A stretch of 14,817 nucleotides of DNA. Source: Tubiluchus corallicola. Lineage: Eukaryota > Animalia > Priapulida. Below the pieces are notes generated by a model. It did not search any database. It saw only the letters and a list, made by a program, of their open reading frames with translations, and had not been told where the DNA came from. The translations under genes were made by a program, and so were the position numbers. Below, piece by piece: positions 1 to 7,599 of the stretch; position 1 is the stretch's first letter, and every line of letters begins with the position of its first letter. The DNA lies in the NCBI GenBank assembly GCA_030141605.1, contig JAQGDQ010002107.1, positions 1-14,817 of the forward strand. Direction: 5' to 3'.

Positions 1-1752
1 AATAATGAGATAATTCTTAATGTTAAGAATACAAATAATGAGATAATTCTTAATGTTAAGAATACAAATAATGAGATAATTCTTAATGTTAAGAATACAA
101 ATAATGAGATAATTCTTAATGTTAAGAATACAAATAATGAGATAATTCTTAATGTTAAGAATACAAATAATGAGATAATTCTTAATGCTAAGAATACGTA
201 TACTGAGATAATTCTTAATGTTAAGAATACGTATACTGAGATAATTCTTAATGCTGAGAATACATATACTGAGATAACTCTTAATGCTGAGAATACATAT
301 ACTGAGATAACTCTTAATGCTGAGAATACGTATAATGAGATAATTCTTATTGTTAAGAATACAAATAATGAGATAATTCTTAATGTTAAGAATACGTATA
401 CTGAGATAATTCTTAATGCTGAGAATACGTATAATGAGATAATTCTTATTGTTAAGAATACAAATAATGAGATAATTCTTAATGCTAAGAATACGTATAC
501 TGAGATAATTCTTAATGCTGAGAATACATATACTGAGATAACTCTTAATGCTGAGAATACGTATAATGAGATAATTCTTATTGTTAAGAATACAAATAAT
601 GAGACAATTCTTAATGCTAAGAATACGTATACTGAGATAATTCTTAATGCTGAGAATACATATACTGAGATAATTCTTAATGCTGAGAATACATATACTG
701 AGATAACTCTTAATGCGGAGAATACGTATACTGAGATAATTCTTAATGCTAAGAATGCGTATAATGAGATCATTCTTAATGCTAAGAATACGTATACTGA
801 GATAATTCTTAATGCTGAGAATACGTATAATGAGATAATTCTTAATGCTAAGAATACAAATAATGAGATAATTCTTAATGCTAAGAATACGTATACTGAG
901 ATAATTCTTAATGATGAGAATAGTATACTGAGATAATTCTTAATGCTAAGAATGCGTATAATGAGATAATTCTTAATGCTGAGAATACGTATAATGAGAT
1001 AATTCTTAATGTTAAGAATACGTATTATGAGATAATTCTTAATGCTAAGAATATGTATGATGAGATAATTCTTAATGCTAATAATACGTATAATGAGATA
1101 ATTCTTAATGCTAAGAATACGTATAATGAGATAATTCTTAATGCTAAGAATACGTATGATGAGATAATTCTTAATGCTAAGAATACGTATAATGAGATAA
1201 TTCTTAATGCTAAGAATACGTATAATGAGATAATTCTTAATGCTGATAATACGTATAATGAGATAATTCTTAATGCTAAGAATACGTATACTGAGATAAT
1301 TCTTAATGCTAAGCATGCGTATAATGAGATAATTCTTAATGCTGAGAATACGTATAATGAGATAATTCTTAATGCTAAGAAAACAAATAATGAGATAATT
1401 CTTAATGCTAAGAATACGTATACTGAGATAAGAGATAATTCTTAATGCTGAGAATACGTATAATGAGATAATTCTTAATGCTAAGAATGCATATAATGAG
1501 ATAATTCTTAATGCTGAGAATACGTATAATGCGATAATTCTTAATGCTGAGAATACGTATAATGAGATAATTCTTAATGCTGAGAATGCGTATAATGAGA
1601 TAATTCTTAATGCTAAGAATACGTATAATGAGATAATTCTTAATGCTGAGAATACGTATGATGAGATAATTCTTAATGCTGAGAATACGTATAATGAGAC
1701 AATTCTTAATGCCAAGAATACGTATAATGAGATAATTCTTAATGCTAAGAAT
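1..1752. repeat. 33-bp minisatellite, about 53 units, consensus AATGAGATAATTCTTAATGCTAAGAATACGTAT; runs off the left edge of the window
   Basis: The 33-bp period is directly visible. Each unit contains the inverted repeat ATTCTTA-ATGC-TAAGAAT. There is a 1-bp deletion at 922/923 and a 7-bp duplication GAGATAA at 1425-1438. The array explains ORFs 1053-1445 and 1408-1800. Confidence 0.98.
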
Positions 1753-1982
1753 AGATCCAGTTAATATAAAAAAATCCAATGGGCAAAAATCCAAGCCCAA
1801 TGTTTCAGAATACAGTGCATGAAGAAATGACGTTTTATATAAATATGGAATGTGATAAGGGTCACTTAAGACAGGCTAGAGGGGAAAAAGTTTAAGCAAA
1901 CGAAAAAAGGCATGTCTAACTAGCCTACATTAACTTTCAATTAAGCTTTCAGGCTACTTGTATTAAACTTGCTAAAACTGAA

Positions 1983-2295
1983 TCGATCGAATTTCAGTAT
2001 TTCGAATTCGAATTGAGCTTGGAACAAGTTTTCGAACCACTGGTAAAAAGTGGTCTTAAAACGTCGTGCATATTACTTGATTTTGTTCTGCAGTAAAGCC
2101 GCTGCTAGTTTGCTAAAAATTTTGCACAGAAACTGTTGCGAAATTGTCCTAATTGCATGATGTTTCAAACATTTTAATGACAAAGAACGATTGTGGCTGA
2201 AGTGCCGACGAATCTATAATTTTAGGTTCGAATCGAATTCGAACAAAAGAAAGCTCGTTCGAATCAAATTCGAACGTTCGATGCTCACCGCTAAT
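1983..2295. repeat. Cluster of TTCGAA-based palindromes; possibly degenerate termini of a non-autonomous DNA transposon
   Basis: Two copies of GTTCGAAT-N3-ATTCGAAC lie at 2226-2244 and 2257-2275. A second TCGA/TTCGAA-rich patch lies at about 1983-2038. No clean TIR pair or TSD was found. Confidence 0.4.
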
Positions 2296-3212
2296 CTCTG
2301 AACAGTTTGATATCGTCAAACTTGAGTGACACTCAAAATTCACCGTCATTCTGGACGTCCACACTGTCCGTCAACACGGACAAAGTCGAGACTAACAGCA
2401 TTTTGAATGACCGTGTTAAGCGGCCTATTGTGTTAGAACTATAAGTACATCGTTTGTACGTTGTTGTCACACGGCAGTTTTGTGTATAAGTTTAGTCAAT
2501 TTAACCCAAAGAGAAAAGGTAACCACATTTCATGATGGTAATAAATCTGAATTTCATTGTACAGAGTTCCTCGACTAACGATGCTAAAAAGCCAGCAAAC
2601 ACACCTTCCCAGTTGATGCAATTATTAAAACATACCTCACTCAAGATGCTTCTTATTAGATAAAAGTAAATGTTTTGTTAGTTATGTAACATGTGACCAG
2701 AAGTCAGAAATATCTCTTGATGTCGCAGAATCACAAACCACGAATACAAGCGCGTGCAGGACATTACCTCTTTTTGACACGCAAATGCTTCTTTGTTCAT
2801 TTGTCATGGCGTGGGGCAATTTTGACTTATTTAGAGAAAAAAGACATTTTAGAACAAGTTTATCCATCTCATACAACAGTGCTGTAACCATGTACGACTT
2901 TGCAATCTCAACACACTAACCACCCTTGAAGCAAACATGGTGTTCAGTTGAATTTTGAACACGTTAATTATACTGGTGCAATAATTATTAGCTTCTTCAA
3001 TACAGACGTTATTGCAATAAGGGTGTGCAGCACGTTCAGGTTACATATTCATTAATTATGCGGTTAATATAAAAATATCACGACAGAGATGATCAGCACA
3101 ATAATTATAAAGGTTGGGCATAGTGACTGTTCCCTCAGTCATAGACAGGATTAAAAATTGTTACTGTTTTATGTTCCCAACAGCGTTTACCCTAAATATA
3201 GACATATCGACT

Positions 3213-3408
3213 TGGTTGAATCTAATGGGAAATAACTTCCAACGTCACATATATCAAGCGCAAGTTGCAAATATTTGCCAAAGACAATCTTCTTCTCTGT
3301 GTGAAATCAATTCCGGTGTTCCTCAAGGATTAGTAATGGCCTTGACGTTATTTTTATTGTTCATCAACAATCTACCAGAGTTTATAGTCTATGCTCTCTG
3401 TTATTTAC
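3213..3408 (+). mobile_element. Decayed non-LTR retrotransposon reverse transcriptase fragment (CR1/L2-type)
   Basis: Translates ...SSSLCEINSGVPQGLVMALTLFLLFINNLP (SGVPQG at 3312-3329). This matches the CR1/L2 motif [22 protein letters not shown]. The fragment ends just before the expected YADD/FADD. Confidence 0.85.
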
Positions 3409-3423
3409 ACAATAAATAAATAA

Positions 3424-3505
3424 TTATAGAGTAATAATAAAAAAATATAAAATATAGAGTAAAATATATAGAGTAAAATATAGAATAAAATATAGAGTAA
3501 AATAA
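3424..3505. repeat. Low-complexity AT-rich tandem repeat, unit about AATATAGAGTAA
   Basis: TATAGAGTAA recurs four times with A-rich spacers. It explains ORF 3405-3629. Confidence 0.8.
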
Positions 3506-3583
3506 AAAATTTCAGACATACTTTGTTAAATAAAATGTTGACTGTAAAGCTTGCCATTTTGCTTAAAATGCTATCAGTACATT

Positions 3584-3709
3584 CACTGGTGGTCCTTTGA
3601 CAGGTGGCTCTTAATCCTTTCCTTGACATGGGGTCCTTTGATCACTTTTAAAGTGTTGAAAGTGTCTCTAACACTGGTGGTCCTTTGACAGGTGGTCTTC
3701 AATCTTTTC
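3584..3709. repeat. Direct repeat of about 38 bp at 88-bp spacing; may be sub-terminal repeats of a MITE remnant
   Basis: CACTGGTGGTCCTTTGACAGGTGG (24 bp) is identical at 3584-3607 and 3672-3695. A partial third copy, GGTCCTTTGA, lies between them. Confidence 0.75.
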
Positions 3710-3741
3710 ATTTGCGCTTGCAATTATTAGCAGCAAAATAA

Positions 3742-3860
3742 TTCCCGTTGAGAAAACGTTCCGTGTGGCTCGAAAAGCGACCTTGAAGTGGCTTTGAACT
3801 GTGGTCGAGATTGCGAAGACACTGCTCTTGTCATTTTCTCACCTGTCGCAATATTGGGTG
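3742..3860 (+). pseudogene. Possible decayed THAP zinc-finger fragment from a DNA transposon
   Basis: One frame reads FPLRKRSVWLEKRP*SGFELWSRLRRHCSCHFLT, giving FP...W...CSxHF in THAP order and roughly THAP spacing. There is an internal TGA at 3784-3786, and the N-terminal cysteine pair is not in frame. Confidence 0.35.
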
Positions 3861-4124
3861 CCCCTATTGTAAATAGGTTTTTTCTTCTTTTTCCGATCAG
3901 CCTCGTGTGGATTTGTGCTGCTTACTATAACCTTGACTAGAGGTCTGATGTTAGACGAGAGAAATACCTTGCAGAAGTAACTAAGAACATCAACTATTAA
4001 ATTAGTCAACATTTCAACTACCTGATCTTGTACGTGGAATTCTCCAGTTAAATCTGCTTCTGTTGTTTCTGCATTTCATTTGTTTCTATAGTTTGATGTT
4101 ACTGCTGCTTTATACATTGATTTG

Positions 4125-4334
4125 ATGATGATGTTCGTCCTTCGAATCGAAGATGACCATAGTGACAACGGATAAAGGTCAGTTTGGGGGGTTGTCATTC
4201 CTTTGATGAGCTCGAAGGTGACTGACTAGGCCAATTCTGGCCTGGAAACTTCTTTGGCATTTGGCACAGGTGAGGCTGGGTGTTTGGACCTGTTGTTGGG
4301 CAGTGTCACATGCCTTGCGTGTCCTGCGCTTCTC
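4125..4334 (-). mobile_element. 5'-truncated RTE-clade (BovB-like) LINE 3' end with TSD
   Basis: The minus strand translates EKRRTRKACDTAQQQVQTPSLTCAKCQRSFQARIGLVSHLRAHQRNDNPPN* (stop at 4179-4181), the RTE/BovB C-terminal C2H2 motif. The 3' UTR has a CTTCG-ATT-CGAAG hairpin and a (CAT)n tail. An exact 10-bp TSD, CATTGATTTG, lies at 4115-4124 and 4335-4344. Confidence 0.9.
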
Positions 4335-4531
4335 CATTGATTTGGACATTAATTAATTATGATAATTTAGGCAGATGCAGACCAAATGTTTACAAATCTA
4401 ATTTTCCTTCAACCTGCGCGTATCTTGAACTGAAAAGTGTTTTCCTGTTAACCTTACTCGGTTCAAGACGAACTTTAACAAATACATTCCTCATAAGACG
4501 TCTATTCCTGAAGACGTATTTTCATATTACG

Positions 4532-4650
4532 GCCTACGGCCATATCACGTTGAAATTTACCGGTTCTCGTCTGATCACCCGAAGTTAAGCAACGTAGAGC
4601 CTGGTTAGTACTTGGATGGGTGACCGCTTAGGAATACCAGGTGCTGTAGG
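4532..4650 (+). rRNA. 5S rRNA-like sequence of invertebrate type; here the head of a SINE rather than a canonical 5S gene
   Basis: Reads GCCTACGGCCATATCACGTTGAA...GATCACCCGAAGTTAAGCAACGT...TTAGTACTTGGATGGGTGACCGC...GGAATACCAGGTGCTGTAGG. The terminal helix, ACGTTG/CAACGT and CCTGGT/ACCAGG pairings are retained. The terminal CTT/oligo-T is absent. Confidence 0.9.
4583..4626 (+). promoter_or_regulatory. Pol III type 1 internal control region (box A, intermediate element, box C)
   Basis: AGTTAAGCAAC at 4583-4593 and TGGATGGGTGACCG at 4613-4626 occupy the canonical 5S positions. Confidence 0.75.
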
Positions 4651-5061
4651 ATGCCCACACTGTATCTCGACACTAGCCGGAGGAGCTGCACAAGCAGCCA
4701 ACGGTCAAGTGACCCAATGGCCATGTGTAGAGGAGTAAACCTTCCAAATCAGGAGTGGAGCCCCGAAGGCGGACTAGTGCAGCATGCTCACTGACTCCGG
4801 CAGCTCCTGCAGCCAAACTGGTGCCAAATGTATCGCTCCGCTTTCCTTTGGACTACACCAGGGAGGAAGAGAGGGGGTTCCTGTTGTCTGGGCAACTCAG
4901 GATCTCCATACACCTTGCCCAGGCGTGCGCCCTGGAGAGGCCATTCCAGTGGTTCAAGGATCGGACTGCTCAGCCACAGTCGACGCTGCAACTCCAATGT
5001 GATCAATAACTGACTCTCTTGGCGCACACTCCATTTGTCTTCCGAGACAGAAGAATGCCAA

Positions 5062-5074
5062 TTTTCATATTTTT
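5062..5074 (+). terminator. Candidate Pol III terminator supplied by the TSD and flank
   Basis: TTTT (5062-5065) and TTTTT (5070-5074) are the first runs of four or more T downstream of the 5S start. None occurs inside 4532-5060. Confidence 0.5.
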
Positions 5075-6030
5075 CGGCACCCTTATCTGGAGTAGCTACT
5101 GATCTTGTTTTGGGTGATCTGGATTTAAAATGATCAATGCAACATACGCATGCGCACTGGTCAGTAAAAGTGTCATACCATCAAAATGTGATTCAGTTAC
5201 TAACATAAAGATTAGCCAAGGTATCGGTCTAAAACATCCATCAAACCATCTACTAAAATTGCTAAGAGCGGTAATGTAACACTAGCGTGTGAGTCGCCAT
5301 GTAAACTCTGGGGAATTTTTAGACAATTTAAAAACTTGAGAAATTTTTGCTCTTTCTGTCTAGATTGTTAACAATTTATAAGTCTAAGAGACCATTAGAA
5401 TTCCCAGCAAACAGGGGTGTATCAAGACTGTACGACGCCATACGCTGATAGCTCTGTCCCGACCATTTATACTGTGAATTTATGATTGTTTATGTAATGA
5501 GCAGATTAAACAATTACTTGTGGTGTATTAGAAACATTTTGGCGCTCTAGGCTATAGCCAAGGAAGCCTATTGGTTAATACGCACCTGCCAGCAAGGTCA
5601 CGTGACATAATTAAAAATTAAAACAAACATTATCGACTGTTATTACGTTACATTTGTAAAAGAAGCTAAAGCCACTATGGTCTTTCAAGAGTCACACCAA
5701 TTCTTAGCACTCGAGACTAACCCTTTCCAATAAAAGTTCGATGTATAGTGCTTAAATTTTCACGATGAAATAATATCTAAATGTGTTTGAAAGAGCAATA
5801 TGTCTAAAAGAGCAATTATAAAGCCCCTTAAATTGGCTTTCTTTCTTGTATATTTATCATTAAGAGCCATGAGTTAACAGGATTACACAAACTTTCTTGC
5901 ATCTGCAGTCGATTGTCTCCATCAAATAGTTTGGGTTTCTCATTGCAGGAGCCATGCTGGGTTATGCTCGACACAATTGCTTTAATTGAGCGTGTAGATA
6001 AAAGTGTACAGTACACCCTTCTAATCTACA

Positions 6031-6060
6031 TACAGTACAGTACAGTACTACCTACAGTAC
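6031..6060. repeat. Short (TACAG)n microsatellite
   Basis: TACAG occurs three times in tandem, followed by degenerate copies. Confidence 0.6.
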
Positions 6061-6163
6061 GCCGTACATATTTCTAATCTCTAATTTATTTCTTGACAAA
6101 AGATTTTTTTCGAAAAGGATCTACAGATAAAAAAGCTGGGTTTATAAGTAGATATTTAGCAGC

Positions 6164-6279
6164 CAGGGCCCAGTTCACACAGCCGTTACTAGCGACGTCT
6201 TTTTGCTGCTTTTTCTTATCAATGCTGGAGATTTATTTTTGAAAAACGACGTCGCTAATTTTTGTGAAACTGGCCCCGG
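6164..6279. mobile_element. MITE of about 115 bp (possibly PIF/Harbinger-type)
   Basis: Imperfect TIRs are CAGGGCCCAGTTCACA and TGTGAAACTGGCCCCGG. A perfect internal inverted pair is TAGCGACGTC (6190-6199) with GACGTCGCTA (6248-6257). The putative 3-bp TSD is imperfect (CAG/CGG). Confidence 0.7.
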
Positions 6280-6599
6280 GAGTGTTAGAACTGCAAGAGA
6301 GAGAGAGATTGCCACCGTAATATTAATGGAGTTTAGGAACCAAGTCGAGAAGTCCTGAGAAATCTTTCATAAAACTGACACAAAAAAAGAATAGCAATAG
6401 TGTGTCAGACCTTCGAAGATAGTACGACATTACAGGGTTGGTCCCACGACAGACGCAGCCAGACTAACAATGTGATTTTGCAGTCTGTCAAGTGTGTTAA
6501 ACAAGGACCTCTACAACTAAAATTAGTTTGTTTTAGTAGCAAATTGGTGAGAAGACGTCGCCAGTATGCGGCGCGGTCTTGATTAATGTTTGACTTTGT

Positions 6600-7068
6600 T
6601 ACTAGGCTTTGTACATTTATTTTTATGTACAACAGTGAAATACAGTGTTTAACGATTACTCAAGAAAAGCAGACCGACACGTTTCATAGAAGTCTCCTAA
6701 GGAAACCTTTAAAAACAAGATGGCCGTGCATAATCAAAAGTGAAAATTTATACACTAGAACGAAGGAAAGTCTTTGGAGCTCAAAATTCAAGTTCCGGAA
6801 ACCAGGATGGTTAGAACGCCTTCTAGGATTACCAAGTGAAACGTTAGTAAGAATCACCTTAAAGGAAGCCTTAAAACCTTGCAAAAACCCGCTGACTAAC
6901 CAAAAGCTAAGGTAAATAAAGATTTTCAACAACTTCAACCAAATCTAGCTTTAGGAGTAGAATGACGCTGTTAGGAGCAGATCGGAGTGGGTGGAATACT
7001 CCAATAAAATTAATGTTAATGCCTCGATGTGTGCAACAGACGGAATGAGACCTTGAAGAGAGAAGAGA
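6600..7068 (+). mobile_element. Decayed 3' fragment of an RTE-group LINE (post-RT C-terminal region)
   Basis: Translates IFMYNSEIQCLTITQEKQTDTFHRSLLRKPLKTRWPCIIKSENLYTRTK...WLERLLGLPSETLVRITLKEALKP, resembling the RTE pattern LYxxExWxLT...F.R..LR.IL.I.W...ISN..LY...W.GH..R. ADRSGW (A.DR..W) follows at 6977-6994, and a purine-repeat tail at about 7054-7067. Confidence 0.8.
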
Positions 7069-7267
7069 CTTTGGAATTCATTACCGACATCACTAAAACA
7101 CAGCAGCTATTTATCAATATTCAAGTCTAAATTAAAAAAAACATTTAATGACTCGTTTTGAATATCCGACATACGAACACGATGATACTTACTCAAATCA
7201 TAATTTAATTTTTCCTAGACCTTACTAAACTAGTTTATATTTTATTTTTGAATTTCTAGTTGCACTT

Positions 7268-7388
7268 ATAGTTTAGCTTGCACCAGACGCATTTGCCCAG
7301 GACAGTGTATGTTTTTTATATGAACTAACACTGATTGTCTGTCTTTTATTATGATGGTCAATGTTTTTAAAATGGCAAATAAAGATTT

Positions 7389-7389
<1 letters not shown>
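7268..7389 (+). mobile_element. LINE/SINE-like 3' tail, copy 1 (CR1/L2-like)
   Basis: Shares ATAGTTT..TGCAC..GACGCATTTGCC..CAGTGT..ACACTG..AAATAAAG with 11801-11896. It ends in AATAAA followed by a trinucleotide repeat. Confidence 0.6.
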
Positions 7390-7461
<72 letters not shown>

Positions 7462-7477
7462 ACTGCTACTGCTACTG

Positions 7478-7573
<96 letters not shown>

Positions 7574-7599
7574 TTACTACTACTACTACTACTACTACT
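7390..7599. repeat. Compound trinucleotide microsatellite (ACT)4(GCT)20(ACTGCT)3(ACT)31 ATT (ACT)8
   Basis: Seventy triplets, counted directly. It explains the poly-A/T and poly-L ORFs 7351-7650 and 7361-7633. Confidence 0.98.

Larger units (their letters stand above)
4529..5060 (+). mobile_element. 5S rRNA-derived SINE (SINE3) with an RTE-derived 3' tail
   Basis: The 5S head at 4532-4650 runs directly into a GC-rich body with no T-run terminator. Bases 4954-4989 translate SRIGLLSHSRRC, an RTE C-terminal motif. A terminal stem-loop TGTCT-TCCG-AGACA lies at 5036-5049. An exact 11-bp TSD, ATTTTCATATT, lies at 4518-4528 and 5061-5071. Confidence 0.9.

Noticed and set aside
1-1752. CRISPR array (33-bp palindromic repeats)
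   Set aside because: The units are head-to-tail with no unique spacers, there are no cas genes, and the context is eukaryotic.
2365-2395. Helitron 3' end (hairpin TGTCCGT-CAAC-ACGGACA, then CTAA 9 nt later)
   Set aside because: It is followed by C rather than T and no 5' TC end could be identified. One short hairpin is not enough.
4532-4650. Functional stand-alone 5S rRNA gene
   Set aside because: It has no 3' CTT/oligo-T terminator, is not in a tandem array, and shares one TSD pair with the downstream 410 bp.
4870-4950. HDV-like ribozyme (known from some RTE 5' ends), or hammerhead/twister ribozyme, in the SINE body
   Set aside because: Only 2 nt lie where the HDV P3/L3 must sit. No CUGAUGA...GAAA core or twister consensus was seen by eye. 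An Infernal search would be the proper test.
4755-5027. Four overlapping ORFs as protein-coding genes
   Set aside because: They are by-products of the GC-rich SINE body. Only the SRIGLLSHSRRC remnant is meaningful.
6592-7072. TSD GACTTTG around the second RTE-like fragment
   Set aside because: It is only 7 bp in AT-rich DNA and the 5' boundary of the fragment is uncertain.
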